The position numbers were made by a program, and so were the translations under genes. From contig JAQVSS010000001.1 in NCBI GenBank assembly GCA_028700415.1, positions 955-64,954 on the forward strand: 64,000 nucleotides of DNA, given 5' to 3'. Source of the stretch: Kiritimatiellia bacterium (GTDB lineage Bacteria > Verrucomicrobiota > Kiritimatiellia > RFP12 > UBA1067). Positions 39,797 through 50,253 of the stretch are shown here, piece after piece (the stretch's first letter is position 1; the number at the start of each line of letters is the position of its first letter). Below the pieces are notes generated by a model, which worked only from the letters and a program-made list of their open reading frames with translations, did not search any database and was not told where the DNA came from.

Positions 39797-40822
39797 TCAC
39801 TCGGAACCATCGACAGGCTCCATATCCGCAATGCGCTTGGCGATCAACTCCGTCAGGTTGTTGGAGGCTGCGGCTGCACCGGCGATGATCGCGTGGAATA
39901 TCGCGCGGTACGTCGAAGAGCCGTGCGTAATGATAACCGTGCCCGGCACACCGAGCAAAGGTGCGCCCCCGTAAATCTCGGGGTCCATACGGTGCTTGAG
40001 CGTCTCCAGCGCGCCTTTGAGCAACAGCGCGCCGAGCAGCCTCACCGGATGCCGGAAAAACTCTTTTTTCATCCAGTATCCCACCGCATGCGCCACGCTC
40101 TCGGTGGTTTTAAGCACCACGTTGCCCACGAAACCGTCGCACACCACCACATCGGTCTTGCCCAGAAAGAGGTCGTGCCCCTCCACGTTCCCGCGGAATT
40201 TCACGGCCGTCTTCTGAATCAGGTGGAACGCCTTCTTGGTCATCTCGTTGCCCTTGCAGTCTTCTGTCCCGATGCTGAGCAACCCAACCACCGGCTCCGT
40301 CCGCTTGAGCACCGCGCTGGAATAGGCGCTGCCCATCACGGCAAACTGCGCGAGCCACGTCTCGTGACAGTCCGTGTTCGCGCCCGCGTCCAGCAACAGA
40401 AGCGGACGCTTGGGCTGGCGCGTCGGCAGGACCGTCGCGATCGCGGGGCGCAACACCCCGGGCGTGCGCCCCAGGCAGAACACGGCCGCCGCCGCAACCG
40501 CACCCGAATTGCCGGCCGAAACCATCGCGTCGGCCTCCCTGCCCTTCACAAGATCCATGCAGATGTTGATGGAGCAGAGTTTTTTCTTGCGCACCGCCGT
40601 CACCGGCGACTCGTCCATCCCGATCGACTCCGGAGCATGAACCACTTTCAGGCGGCTGAAGTCGGCCTTGGGATACTTGGCCAACTCCTCGCGGATGACC
40701 GCTTCGTCCCCGACCAGCAGGATACAAGAAACCTCTTTCAGTTTAAGAGAAGCCTCCACTGCGCCATGAACAATCTCATGAGGCGCGTGGTCACCACCCA
40801 TCACATCAAGGGCAATTCGCAT
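39797..40822 (-). CDS. plsX: phosphate acyltransferase PlsX
   Basis: MRIALDVMGGDHAP N-terminus from the ATG at 40822. PlsX family throughout. ORF track 39797..40855. Confidence 0.9.
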   Translation of the reverse strand: MRIALDVMGGDHAPHEIVHGAVEASLKLKEVSCILLVGDEAVIREELAKYPKADFSRLKVVHAPESIGMDESPVTAVRKKKLCSINICMDLVKGREADAMVSAGNSGAVAAAAVFCLGRTPGVLRPAIATVLPTRQPKRPLLLLDAGANTDCHETWLAQFAVMGSAYSSAVLKRTEPVVGLLSIGTEDCKGNEMTKKAFHLIQKTAVKFRGNVEGHDLFLGKTDVVVCDGFVGNVVLKTTESVAHAVGYWMKKEFFRHPVRLLGALLLKGALETLKHRMDPEIYGGAPLLGVPGTVIITHGSSTYRAIFHAIIAGAAAASNNLTELIAKRIADMEPVDGSE

Positions 40823-40926
40823 CGTGAAGTCCTCACTCGGCACTCTCGCAAGCAAAGGGTTCCCGCAAACAGCGGGAACCCTTCCGAACGCTCAAACCAT
40901 CAGCCGCTCGCGCATCGGCAATGCGC

Positions 40927-41106
40927 CTATTCCGAAACCGTCAGCACCTTGCGCCCCCTGTACATCCCGCAGGAAGGGCACACGCGATGCGCCTGTTGCG
41001 ATGCGCCGCAACTCGGGCACGCCTGCACCTGGGCGACTTCCGCCTTGATGTGTCCCTTGCGCTGATTCTTACGCATTTTCGACTTTTTCCGTTTTGGTAC
41101 GGCCAT
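40927..41106 (-). CDS. rpmF: 50S ribosomal protein L32
   Basis: Manual translation MAVPKRKKSKMRKNQRKGHIKA...CPSCGASQQAHRVCPSCGMYRGRKV, 59 aa, below the ORF-track cutoff. AAGGAG lies upstream. Canonical position between yceD and plsX. Confidence 0.85.
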   Translation of the reverse strand: MAVPKRKKSKMRKNQRKGHIKAEVAQVQACPSCGASQQAHRVCPSCGMYRGRKVLTVSE

Positions 41107-41158
41107 TTTTCTCTCCTTATTCTACCCGTACGCGGCATCTCCCGCGCAGCATAAAAAA

Positions 41159-41656
41159 TCACTCCAGCGCGCCCAGCGCCGCCCAGCGTCCGTTTTCCCC
41201 CTTTTTACGGCACGAACACACCGCCGTATTCAGGTTCGCGCCACACGCCAAGCACAACCCCCGGCACGCCTCGCTACAAACCGGATATCCCGGAAGGGCA
41301 AGCATGATAGCTTCCCGCATCTCTCCGGTCAAGTCCAGGAAGTCGGTCAACGCATTTATTTCAACCGAACAGACGAATTCGGTATCCACGGCCTCGGTCT
41401 CAAAAGTGGCCGCACAACGCGAACACACGCACCGCAACCGTTGCCGCACCTCCCCGCGCGCCAGCAATTCCGTACCGGCAATCTCGACCTTCAGCGCATA
41501 GACGATCCCGCCCACCGGCTCCACAAACTCGCTGTCGCCCAAGTCCAACGCGTCCGGACCGGTCTCGCCTTCGTACCACTCGCCACCCTTGTCAAGCCGG
41601 GCGACATCAACGGTCAAATGCCCCTGTGTTTCCAACTCCGCCTCCTGCCCGGACAT
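41159..41656 (-). CDS. yceD: YceD family (DUF177) large-subunit ribosomal accumulation protein
   Basis: CxxC...CxxC pairs (CVCSRC, CLAC) and an acidic N-terminus. Start taken as the ATG at 41656. ORF track 41159..41734. Confidence 0.7.
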   Translation of the reverse strand: MSGQEAELETQGHLTVDVARLDKGGEWYEGETGPDALDLGDSEFVEPVGGIVYALKVEIAGTELLARGEVRQRLRCVCSRCAATFETEAVDTEFVCSVEINALTDFLDLTGEMREAIMLALPGYPVCSEACRGLCLACGANLNTAVCSCRKKGENGRWAALGALE

Positions 41657-42158
41657 GCTGCTCCGGATGGCTGCACATGTGCGCCTCAATGTATTTTTTG
41701 ACAGGCCGGGGCACAAACGAATCCGTGTCCCCACCGTACCGTGCGATTTCCCGGATCGTGCTCGCCGTCACATAACTGTAGTTCTCGTTCGGCATCATGA
41801 ACAGGGTCTCGATCTCCGGCGCGAGTTTCCGGTTGGTCAGCGCCATCTGGAACTCGTATTCGAAATCGGAGTACACCCTCAACCCGCGCACCACCACGCC
41901 GACCTTGCGGCGGCGACAGTAGTCCACCAGCAGGCAATCCAGCCGGTCGATCTCGACATTCCCCATTCCAGCCTCGTCCACGCTCTCGCGGATCATGGCC
42001 ATGCGCGCGTGAAGGTCAAACATGCCCGTCGCTTTGATCGACACGCCCGCCACCACCACGATCACTTTGTCGAAAAGCGTCGCGCTCCGCCGCAACAGGT
42101 CGAAATGCCCCAGTGTCAACGGATCGAACGTTCCAGGATAAACAGCTATTCTTTCCAT
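41607..42158 (-). CDS. coaD: phosphopantetheine adenylyltransferase
   Basis: MERIAVYPGTFDPLTLGHFDLLRRS from the ATG at 42158. C-terminus STIREIARYGGD. The 3' end overlaps the yceD start by about 50 nt. Confidence 0.85.
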   Translation of the reverse strand: MERIAVYPGTFDPLTLGHFDLLRRSATLFDKVIVVVAGVSIKATGMFDLHARMAMIRESVDEAGMGNVEIDRLDCLLVDYCRRRKVGVVVRGLRVYSDFEYEFQMALTNRKLAPEIETLFMMPNENYSYVTASTIREIARYGGDTDSFVPRPVKKYIEAHMCSHPEQHVRAGGGVGNTGAFDR

Positions 42159-42210
42159 ACATTCTTCTTTCGCAGCGTACGGGTGAACCGATGGGACCAA
42201 CCGGACCGGA

Positions 42211-42789
42211 TCACCCGCCCCGTTCGGCTTCTGGTTTCTTTTCCAGCTTGTATACCGCCAGCCGCGTGTGCCCATAGATCCGGTCGCGCAACAGTTCCCA
42301 ATCGGGCACGTCCTCCGCCCGGCGGGCTTCGGGCATCTCCGCCACAAAAATCCCGCCCGGCCGCAACACCGTGTTGGCGACCAATAGCCCCATGAGATCC
42401 GCGAAACCCGTCTCGCGGCCGACCACATACGGCGGATCCGCAAAAACAATATCGGCCTGCCGCCCGCGCCCAGGCCCCTTGAGCCAGCGGGCCACCTCGC
42501 AACAGGCGATCTCCCCCTGCCCGGGAGCCAGCGCCGCGACATTCTCTTTCAGCAGCGCAAGGTTGCGCGGCTCCTTCTCAACCCAAACCACACTTCGGGC
42601 GCCGCGGCTGTACGCCTCAAGCCCCACAGCGCCCGACCCGGCGTACAGGTCAATGAACACCGCATCGGGGACCACGCTCACAAGGATGGAAAACAACGCT
42701 TCCCTCACCCGGTCTTGCGTGGGTCTCACCGCGTCGCCCCGCGGCACCTTCAGCTTCCGCCCGCACAACTCTCCGCCCGAAATTCGCAT
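42211..42789 (-). CDS. rsmD: 16S rRNA (guanine966-N2)-methyltransferase RsmD
   Basis: RVREALFS, DLYAGSGAVGLEA and DPPY motifs. ATG at 42789. Confidence 0.85.
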   Translation of the reverse strand: MRISGGELCGRKLKVPRGDAVRPTQDRVREALFSILVSVVPDAVFIDLYAGSGAVGLEAYSRGARSVVWVEKEPRNLALLKENVAALAPGQGEIACCEVARWLKGPGRGRQADIVFADPPYVVGRETGFADLMGLLVANTVLRPGGIFVAEMPEARRAEDVPDWELLRDRIYGHTRLAVYKLEKKPEAERGG

Positions 42790-42927
42790 ACACGGTGTAC
42801 TATACCGGAAAAGGACGCATGCGCGCAACTCCCGCATTGCCGAGATCGAGGCGCGGTTTTGCGCTTGGCCTCACGGTACAGAACAGGTATTCTAATGGCC
42901 TCTCAAATTTTGTAACCTTTGGAGATT

Positions 42928-44214
42928 ATGAAAACTCTTGCTTTACGCCTTTACGGCGAAAATGACCTGCGTCTGGAGCGTTTCGAACTTCCCGAAATCA
43001 CCGATGACGAGATTCTGGCCGACATCGTCACCAACAGCATCTGCATGTCGGACTACAAGGCAACCATCCAGGGCGCCAACCACAAGCGCGTCCCGAAGGA
43101 TATTGCCACCCACCCCATCATCCTCGGTCACGAGTTCTGCGGGAAGCTCCTCAAGGTCGGCAAAAACTGGCAGCATAAGTTCCGCGTGGGCCAGAAGTAC
43201 GGGGTCCAGCCCGCGCTCAACATCCCCGGTCACGAGCACTGGGCGCCCGGCTACTCCTTCCGCTGGATCGGCGGCGACGCCACGCGCATCGTGATCCCGA
43301 AAGAGGTGCTTGAACTCGATTGCCTGCTCACCTACGACGGCGACGCGTATTACAAGTCGTCCATCGCCGAGCCGGTCTCCTGCATCGTCGGCGCATACCG
43401 CTCCAATTACCATTTCAAGCCGGGCGAGTACGTCCACGAGATGGGCCTCAAGAAAGGCGGTTCGATGGTCATCCTCGCCGGCGGAGGCCCCATGGGGCTC
43501 AGCGCCATCGACCTCGCCCTGCACGGCCCGGAGAACCGCCCCGGGCGGCTCGTCATCACGGACATCGACCAGGCCCGCCTTGACCGCGCCGCACAGATCT
43601 TCCCGGTCGCGCACGCCAAAACGTGCGGCGTCGACCTGATTTACCTCAACACCGGCAAGACGGCCACCCCCGTCGACGCCATCAAAGCGGTCAACAACGG
43701 CGTGGGGTACGACGATGTCTTTGTCTTCGCGCCGGTGCCCGCGCTGATCGAGCAGGCTTCCGCGCTGACCGGTTACCTGGGCTGCCTGAATTTCTTCGCG
43801 GGCCCCGCGCACGCCGATTTCAAAGCCCCCATCAATTTCTACGACGTCCATTACATGGGACACCATGTCGTCGGCTCTTCGGGCGGCAACACCAAAGACC
43901 TGCAGGACTCCATGAACTACGCGGCGCAAGGATTGATCACGCCCTCCGTCATGATCACCCACGTCGGAGGCATCGATTCCGTGGCCGAAACCACAAAAAT
44001 CCTGCCCACGGTCCCGGGCGGCAAAAAGCTGGTCTACACCCACGTCTCCATGCCCATGACCGCCATCACCGATTTCGAAAAACTCGGCGGGAAAGATCCC
44101 TATTTCGCCGCGCTGGCCGAAATCTGCGGGCGCAACAAGAACCTCTGGTGCTCGGAGGCGGAGACCTACGTGCTCAAACACGCGCCGCGCCTCGAAGAGG
44201 ACTCGGTGCCCTGA
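42928..44214 (+). CDS. zinc-binding alcohol dehydrogenase (MDR) family protein
   Basis: MKTLALRLYGENDLRLE..., GHEFCG zinc motif and Rossmann ILAGGGPMGL. ATG at 42928 preceded by GGAGA. ORF track uses TTG at 42919. Confidence 0.8.
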   Translation: MKTLALRLYGENDLRLERFELPEITDDEILADIVTNSICMSDYKATIQGANHKRVPKDIATHPIILGHEFCGKLLKVGKNWQHKFRVGQKYGVQPALNIPGHEHWAPGYSFRWIGGDATRIVIPKEVLELDCLLTYDGDAYYKSSIAEPVSCIVGAYRSNYHFKPGEYVHEMGLKKGGSMVILAGGGPMGLSAIDLALHGPENRPGRLVITDIDQARLDRAAQIFPVAHAKTCGVDLIYLNTGKTATPVDAIKAVNNGVGYDDVFVFAPVPALIEQASALTGYLGCLNFFAGPAHADFKAPINFYDVHYMGHHVVGSSGGNTKDLQDSMNYAAQGLITPSVMITHVGGIDSVAETTKILPTVPGGKKLVYTHVSMPMTAITDFEKLGGKDPYFAALAEICGRNKNLWCSEAETYVLKHAPRLEEDSVP

Positions 44215-44216
44215 AC

Positions 44217-44816
44217 ATGATCGCCTTTTTGCACGGCACACTGGTGGAAAAGACCCCGTCCGTCGTCACCCTCGACGTCCACGGTGTCGGCTATCAAGTG
44301 TTCATCTCGTTGAACACCTATGACCGTCTGCCCGCAACCGGCGCGGCATGCCGCCTGCTCACCTACCACCACGTCCGTGAAGACGCCCACCTTCTCTTCG
44401 GGTTCGCGCAACCCGAGGAGAAGAGCATGTTCGAACGCCTGATCACCGTGAGCGGCATCGGGGCCAAACTCGCGCTCAGCGTCCTGAGCGGACTCAGCGT
44501 GTCCGAACTGAGCCTGGCGATTACGGAAAACAACGTCAAACGCATCAGTTCCGTCCACGGCATCGGTAAAAAGACCGCCGAGCGCATCATCGTCGAACTG
44601 CGCGACAAGATCGACCCGCTGGAGGCGCTCGCCGGACATGCGGCGGGCAACGGCGATCCGGCAAGGAACGACATGCTGCGCGACGCGATTCTCGCGTTGG
44701 GTTCGCTCGGGTTCCCGCAGGAACAGGCCCGCAAGATGGTGCAAGCCGTCCTCGATGCCGAGGCCGAAATCAAAGACACCGAAACTTTGCTGCGCAAAGC
44801 ACTCAGCAGCAAGTAA
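44217..44816 (+). CDS. ruvA: Holliday junction branch migration protein RuvA
   Basis: [32 protein letters not shown]-terminus, HhH motifs [10 protein letters not shown] and [12 protein letters not shown]. 199 aa. The 5' part of ORF track 43623..44816 is antisense to the preceding gene. Confidence 0.9.
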   Translation: MIAFLHGTLVEKTPSVVTLDVHGVGYQVFISLNTYDRLPATGAACRLLTYHHVREDAHLLFGFAQPEEKSMFERLITVSGIGAKLALSVLSGLSVSELSLAITENNVKRISSVHGIGKKTAERIIVELRDKIDPLEALAGHAAGNGDPARNDMLRDAILALGSLGFPQEQARKMVQAVLDAEAEIKDTETLLRKALSSK

Positions 44817-44817
44817 G

Positions 44818-44850
44818 CGCGGCCCCCGGGGCCGCGCGGCCGCAGCCGCG
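44818..44850. terminator. GC-rich palindrome between the convergent ruvA and leuB-like genes (possible bidirectional terminator)
   Basis: gcggcccccggggccgc perfect inverted repeat. No flanking U-run. Confidence 0.25.
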
Positions 44851-44864
44851 CCCCCTCTTCACCC

Positions 44865-45941
44865 TTACAGCGCGGCAGCGACCAGGTCGCCCACCTGCGT
44901 TGTCGTGAAACCCATCTGGTTGGCCATTTGGCTCTTCATTTTTGGCGTCGTGGCCATGATGGCTGCCTCAATGGCATTTCCCGCGGCCTCTTCCCCAAGG
45001 GCGTTCAGCATCATCGCGCCCGCGCCGATGGCCGCGACCGGGTTGATCGCGTTCTTGCCGGTCCACATCGGCGCCGTGCCGCCGATCGGCTCGAACATGC
45101 TCACCCCACCGGGGTTGATGTTGCCGCCCGCCGCCACACCGAGCCCCCCCTGCGTGATCGCCGCAAGGTCGGTGATGATGTCGCCGAACATGTTCTCGGT
45201 TACGATCACGTCAAACATCTCGGGGCTTGCCACCATGTAGAGGCACGTCGCGTCCACGTGGTAGTACTCGCGCTTCACATCCGGAAATTCCGCGCCGACT
45301 TCGGCGAAAACGCGGTTCCACAGCTCATACATGTAGGTCAGCACGTTCGACTTGCCGACCAGCGCCAGCGTGTTGGCGGAGCCCACGCCGCGCGCTTTCT
45401 TGCCGTGCTTGCGGGCATATTCGAACGCGTACCGGATACAGCGCTCCACCTGGGCGTAGGAGTACACCATCTCCTGCACGGCCACCTCATCCTTCGTGCC
45501 CTTGCGGGAAAGTCCGCCGATCCCGGTGTAGAGCCCCCCGCTGTTCTCGCGGATCACGCAGTAGTCAATCTCGTCCGGGCCTTTGTCCCGAAGCGGGCTC
45601 CCGACGCCGGGGTAGAGCTTCACGGGGCGCAAGTTGATGTACTGATCCAACTCGAAACGGAGCCGGAGCAACACGCCCTTTTCGAGAATGCCGGGCTTCA
45701 CATCGACGTGGCCGATCGCGCCGAGATAGATGGCGTCGAACGTGCGCAGTTCCGCAAGCACGGAATCGGGCAAGGTCTCCCCCGTGGCGAGGTAACGCGT
45801 GCCGCCAAGGTCATAGGACACCTTCTGAAACTTGAACCCGAACTTCTGCGCGGCGGCATCCAGCACCTTGCAGCCCTCACCGATCACTTCCGGCCCCGTC
45901 CCGTCTCCCGGCAGAACCGCGATTTTGTACGTCTTGGACAT
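44865..45941 (-). CDS. isocitrate/isopropylmalate dehydrogenase family protein (LeuB or tartrate dehydrogenase-like)
   Basis: [22 protein letters not shown] and NMFGDIITD family motifs. 358 aa. Confidence 0.8.
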   Translation of the reverse strand: MSKTYKIAVLPGDGTGPEVIGEGCKVLDAAAQKFGFKFQKVSYDLGGTRYLATGETLPDSVLAELRTFDAIYLGAIGHVDVKPGILEKGVLLRLRFELDQYINLRPVKLYPGVGSPLRDKGPDEIDYCVIRENSGGLYTGIGGLSRKGTKDEVAVQEMVYSYAQVERCIRYAFEYARKHGKKARGVGSANTLALVGKSNVLTYMYELWNRVFAEVGAEFPDVKREYYHVDATCLYMVASPEMFDVIVTENMFGDIITDLAAITQGGLGVAAGGNINPGGVSMFEPIGGTAPMWTGKNAINPVAAIGAGAMMLNALGEEAAGNAIEAAIMATTPKMKSQMANQMGFTTTQVGDLVAAAL

Positions 45942-45974
45942 GCGCTCCCCTTTTGAAAACGCGTTTTCTTCCGT

Positions 45975-46454
45975 TTACCTGCCAGGCCCCATCACGGACC
46001 TGAAGTCCGCTTCCACCGCCAGCTCGTCGCCGACATAGGCCTTGCCGTGCTGAATGGCCATGCGGGAAGTGACCCTGATGTTGTCGACTTCCATGCGCAC
46101 CTTTTCATTCGGGCGGACCTGACGGCGGAACTTCGCATTATCGACGCCGACCAACAGGAACACGCCGCCTTTGATAAGGCCGGAAGCGACCAGGCCCGCG
46201 CCCCCGCACTGCGCGATGGTCTCGATCAGAATCACTCCGGGAACAACGGGGTACTCCGGGAAATGTCCCTGGAAGAACCACATGTCAGCCCCATAGGTCA
46301 TCTCGGCGACATAGCGCTTCTGATCCGAGTAGAGCAGCTTATCGACAAACAGAAACGGTTTGCGGTGCGGCAGAAGATCCTCGACCGGCCCGTCATATCC
46401 CTTGCCGTCTTCCACCAGTTGCTTCGGTTGGACTTTTTCTTCGCTCATTTGCAT
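45975..46454 (-). CDS. fabZ: 3-hydroxyacyl-ACP dehydratase FabZ
   Basis: LPHRKPFLFVD, GHFPEYPVVPGVILIE hotdog motifs. Confidence 0.9.
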   Translation of the reverse strand: MQMSEEKVQPKQLVEDGKGYDGPVEDLLPHRKPFLFVDKLLYSDQKRYVAEMTYGADMWFFQGHFPEYPVVPGVILIETIAQCGGAGLVASGLIKGGVFLLVGVDNAKFRRQVRPNEKVRMEVDNIRVTSRMAIQHGKAYVGDELAVEADFRSVMGPGR

Positions 46455-46508
46455 CCTCTGTTTTTTTCTGCCGCGCGCGCCAGTGCCCGCTCGGCAAGGT
46501 TCAACTCG

Positions 46509-47753
46509 TCAAACCGCTTTGATCGCGAGCACGCCATTGTGGCCGCCAAACCCGAGCGACGTCGAAACGGCCGCGCGGACCGGCGCTTCAACGCCTTTGT
46601 TCGGCACGACATTCAGGTCGCACGCGGGATCGGGGCTCTCGTAATTGATGGTCGGCGGATAGAAGCCGTCACGGATCGCCAACGTGCAGATCACCGCCTC
46701 AAGCGCTCCCGCCGCACCCAACAGATGGCCGGTCATACTCTTGGTGGAAGACATCTTCAGTTTATACGCGTGTTCGCCAAACACCGCTTTAACCGCCTTC
46801 GTCTCCATGGCGTCGTTGAGCAACGTCGACGTGCCGTGCGCGTTGACATAGTCGACATCTCCGGGAGCGAGCCCGGCGTCTTTAAGCGCCAGGGTGATGG
46901 CGCGGATCGCGCCCGTGGCTTCGGGATCAGGAGCGGTCAGGTGGTAGGCGTCACCGGAAGCGCCGTAGCCGGCGAGTTCGGCGTACACGCGGGCGTTGCG
47001 CGCCTTGGCATGCGCCTCAGACTCAAGGATCATGATCGCCGCGCCCTCGGCCATGATAAAGCCGTCGCGCCCGGCATCGAACGGGCGGCACGCCTTCTCG
47101 GGCATGTCGTTGCTCTTGGTGCTGAGCGCCTTCATGGAACAGAAACCGCCCACGCAATACTCGGTGACGGTCGCCTCGGTGCCGCCGGCGATCACAACAT
47201 CCGCGCGGCCCGCGCGGATCATGTCTAGCGCAATGCCGAGCGCGTCGGTGCTCGAGGCACAGGCGGTGACCACCGTGTGAACCGCGCCCTTGGCGTTGAG
47301 CGCAATGGAAATGTTGCCGGCAGCCTCATTGGCGATCAGCTTGGGAATCAGCATGGGCGACAAGCGGCCCGGGCCGCGGTCAAACAGGATGCGGTACCCC
47401 TCCTCGTCCACCTCCTTGCCACCGATGCCGTTGCCGATCATGACGGCCACACGCTCGGGATCCGCGCCCCCTTCGGCCAGGCCCGCATCTTGCCACGCCT
47501 GTTTGGCCGCGGCCACCCCGTACTGGGTGAAGAGCGCCATGCGCCGCGCCTCTTTGGCATCCACATATTTCGAAACATCGAAATTCTTGATCTCGCCCGA
47601 GACCTTGGAGTCCACACGCGACGGATCAAACCGGGTGGTGCGCCCGATGCCGCTGACGCCGCTGCGGATGTTGCCCCACATTTCACCGACGGTGTTGCCG
47701 ACCGGCGAAATCACGCCCAGCCCTGTGATGAATACTCTTGTTTTACCGCTCAT
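46509..47753 (-). CDS. fabF: beta-ketoacyl-ACP synthase II
   Basis: RVFITGLGVISPVGN, active-site region TVVTACASS, NAHGTST and GHLLGAAG motifs. 414 aa. Confidence 0.9.
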   Translation of the reverse strand: MSGKTRVFITGLGVISPVGNTVGEMWGNIRSGVSGIGRTTRFDPSRVDSKVSGEIKNFDVSKYVDAKEARRMALFTQYGVAAAKQAWQDAGLAEGGADPERVAVMIGNGIGGKEVDEEGYRILFDRGPGRLSPMLIPKLIANEAAGNISIALNAKGAVHTVVTACASSTDALGIALDMIRAGRADVVIAGGTEATVTEYCVGGFCSMKALSTKSNDMPEKACRPFDAGRDGFIMAEGAAIMILESEAHAKARNARVYAELAGYGASGDAYHLTAPDPEATGAIRAITLALKDAGLAPGDVDYVNAHGTSTLLNDAMETKAVKAVFGEHAYKLKMSSTKSMTGHLLGAAGALEAVICTLAIRDGFYPPTINYESPDPACDLNVVPNKGVEAPVRAAVSTSLGFGGHNGVLAIKAV

Positions 47754-47769
47754 ACGACAGTTCTACTCC

Positions 47770-48810
47770 TTACTTTTCCGTTACGGTTTTTCCTGCGCAT
47801 GTCGCACTGGGACACACTTCGGATTTCGGCTTGCCCGCCAACCCTCTCCACCTCATCAGAATCCCGGCATACGTCAGTCCCGCACCGAACCCGACCATCG
47901 CGATCAAGTCGTCGTCCTTAATCGCGTTGGTGCGGATCGCGGCGTCCAACGCCAAGGGGATTGAAGCGGCGGACGTGTTGCCGGTCGTCTCCATGTTCAT
48001 GTAAAACGTCGTCATCGGCACCTTCATGCGCCGCGCCACCGCTTCGACGATGCGCGCGTTGGCCTGGTGCGGAAGCACGCACGCCAAATCGCCGAACGTG
48101 TATCCTGAACGCTTCAGCAAACCGCACAAAATCTCGTCGAAAACCTTAACTGCGAAATTGAATACCGCGCGGCCATTCATCTGCAGCGTATGCTGCAGCC
48201 ACGGGCCGGTCGCGAGATCACGCGAACCGCCCTCGCGGTAAATCAGCATCGCCCCGGAACCGTCCGCCTTGAGGATCGAATGCCAGATACCGCCCGGCAC
48301 ATCGCTGGCTTCCAACACCACCGCACCCGCAGCGTCACCGAACAGGATACACGAGTTGCGGTCTGTCCAATCAATGATCCGCGACATCATATCGGCACCG
48401 ATCACCAGCGTCGGGCACGGGTTGACCTGCATCATGCCGCGCGCAGCCTCCAGCGCGTAAATGAACCCCGTGCACGCCGCCTGCAAATCGAAGGCCGCTG
48501 CGTTTTTCGCGCCGATCGCCTCCTGCACCAGACACGCCGTTGAAGGGAACGAATGGTAGTCGGACGTCGATGTGGCCACCACGATTAGCCCGATCTGATC
48601 CGGCGTCAGCCCCGCCGATTGAATCGCTTGGCGTGCGGCCTGCACCGCCATCGCCGACGTGGTTTCATCGTCCGCAGCGATATGACGGCTGCGGATCCCC
48701 GTGTGTGTGAAAATCCATTCGTCTGTTGTATCCAGTTTCTCCGCCAATTCCGCGTTGGTCACAACACGTTTAGGCAGATACGATCCCGTACCTGTGATAT
48801 GCACAAACAT
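47770..48810 (-). CDS. fabH: beta-ketoacyl-ACP synthase III
   Basis: ITGTGSYLP, AACTGF active-site Cys, HQAN and GFGAGLT motifs. Confidence 0.9.
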   Translation of the reverse strand: MFVHITGTGSYLPKRVVTNAELAEKLDTTDEWIFTHTGIRSRHIAADDETTSAMAVQAARQAIQSAGLTPDQIGLIVVATSTSDYHSFPSTACLVQEAIGAKNAAAFDLQAACTGFIYALEAARGMMQVNPCPTLVIGADMMSRIIDWTDRNSCILFGDAAGAVVLEASDVPGGIWHSILKADGSGAMLIYREGGSRDLATGPWLQHTLQMNGRAVFNFAVKVFDEILCGLLKRSGYTFGDLACVLPHQANARIVEAVARRMKVPMTTFYMNMETTGNTSAASIPLALDAAIRTNAIKDDDLIAMVGFGAGLTYAGILMRWRGLAGKPKSEVCPSATCAGKTVTEK

Positions 48811-48989
48811 GCCTAGCCCTTTCGGTCACAAAGACAGGTTGTCATGATGACATTTTTCTTGATTTTGTCAACATGGAAACGCCCAACCTTTGTTCAAATT
48901 ATTCTACACTCACACCGCTCAAAAAACACCCCGAAAGTGCAACACCCCGATTCCTCGTCCCGCCCCGCCCTTGACAGGTTCAACCGGTT

Positions 48990-49847
48990 TTGTATACCGT
49001 TATGCAAAAGAAGGAAACAACCACCATGGTACCCAACATGCGCACCCATCGCCGAATCCGGCTCGCCGGAACCTTGGCATTCGTAATTGCCCTGTCACCG
49101 CAAAGCTGGGGCGCGCCGCAACTGGGTGACGCGGACTTCCCGAAACCCTCGCCGTCGGCGCGGCACACCGCGAAAGTCGAGGCGGTCAAATCGGGCGCCT
49201 ACGACCTGGCACTGATCGGGGATTCAATCTTCCACACGCTCGATCGCTTCGGCGGCAAGTACGCGCCGCTGGAAGCCGTCTGGAACAAGCATTACGCGCC
49301 GCGCCGCGCGATCAATCTGGGTTACAGCGGCCATCGCACCGAACAGATTATCTGGAACCTCCAAAACGGCGAGCTGGATTTTAAGACGCCGCCGAAGGTC
49401 GCCCTCCTCCTGATCGGGACGAATAATGCGGATGACCGGAATTTCAAAAAGGCCCATACGGCGGAAGAGATTTTTGCGGGCACGAAAGTGATCGTGGATC
49501 TGATCCGCAACCGGCTGCCGTCAACGAAAATCATCGTGCTGCGCATTTTCCCGCGCGGCGGCGATTCCGAGAACGGGGTCAGCAAACCCGTCTTCCATTC
49601 ATCCGCCGCGTGCATCGAGACCTGTCGCCGCGCGGGCGAACTAACGAAGCAGCTGGCGGACGGCAAGCAGGTGTTCTGGCTCGACATCAATCACATGTTC
49701 CTGCGCCCGGACGGCACCGTCAACACGGATATGCTGTGGGATCTGCTTCACCCCAGCCCCGCCGGTGCAGAAGCGTGCGCGCAGGCCATCGAACCGCTGC
49801 TTTCACAGCTCATGGGCGACACGCCGATCATTGACCCGAAGCCATAG
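48990..49847 (+). CDS. SGNH/GDSL hydrolase family protein (secreted esterase)
   Basis: Signal peptide, then IGDSIF block I with catalytic Ser, GTNN block III and DxLHP block V (DLLHPS). Start may be a downstream Met (49002 or 49026). Confidence 0.75.
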   Translation: MYTVMQKKETTTMVPNMRTHRRIRLAGTLAFVIALSPQSWGAPQLGDADFPKPSPSARHTAKVEAVKSGAYDLALIGDSIFHTLDRFGGKYAPLEAVWNKHYAPRRAINLGYSGHRTEQIIWNLQNGELDFKTPPKVALLLIGTNNADDRNFKKAHTAEEIFAGTKVIVDLIRNRLPSTKIIVLRIFPRGGDSENGVSKPVFHSSAACIETCRRAGELTKQLADGKQVFWLDINHMFLRPDGTVNTDMLWDLLHPSPAGAEACAQAIEPLLSQLMGDTPIIDPKP

Positions 49848-50253
49848 AGCGGTTTTGGATACTGTGTGGCCGTTTCTGGCAAGGACGCCTCCCCGAGGCG
49901 TCCGCGGCGGGTTCGCGGAATCCACCCTACCTCATCAGGCATCGGTCATACCAAAACTCAAACGCTCTTGTAGTCAACACACTCACAATCTTAGTTTTTT
50001 CACCACGATTTCCGACAGCTTCGCTTCGGCGGGGAGAAATCCGAGATTGGTATCACTCGTGCCTTGCCGACCGACAATGCCAATAAAAAACACGTCGTTG
50101 CAGCACCTGAACAAACAGCAGATTGACGAATGATGAGTTCCGAATCATGGAGGAGAGAGTCCTGACTGCGTATGGGGTGATTTCCTTCGACATTCTGCGG
50201 TTCAGTATTCGGCAATCTGCGGTTCAATTGGGGTGCGGGCTGTGCCCAGCCCC

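Noticed and set aside
38584-39888. 434-aa plus-strand ORF
   Set aside because: Antisense to fabD and fabG. His/Arg-rich low-complexity product.
49900-49925. T-loop-like gggttcgcggaatcc in the 406-nt intergenic region
   Set aside because: No complementary T-stem and no surrounding cloverleaf (acceptor, D or anticodon arms), so it is not a tRNA.
50194-50226. Short direct repeat tctgcggttca x2
   Set aside because: Only two 11-bp copies 22 nt apart. Too short and too few for a CRISPR or MITE call, and probably chance.
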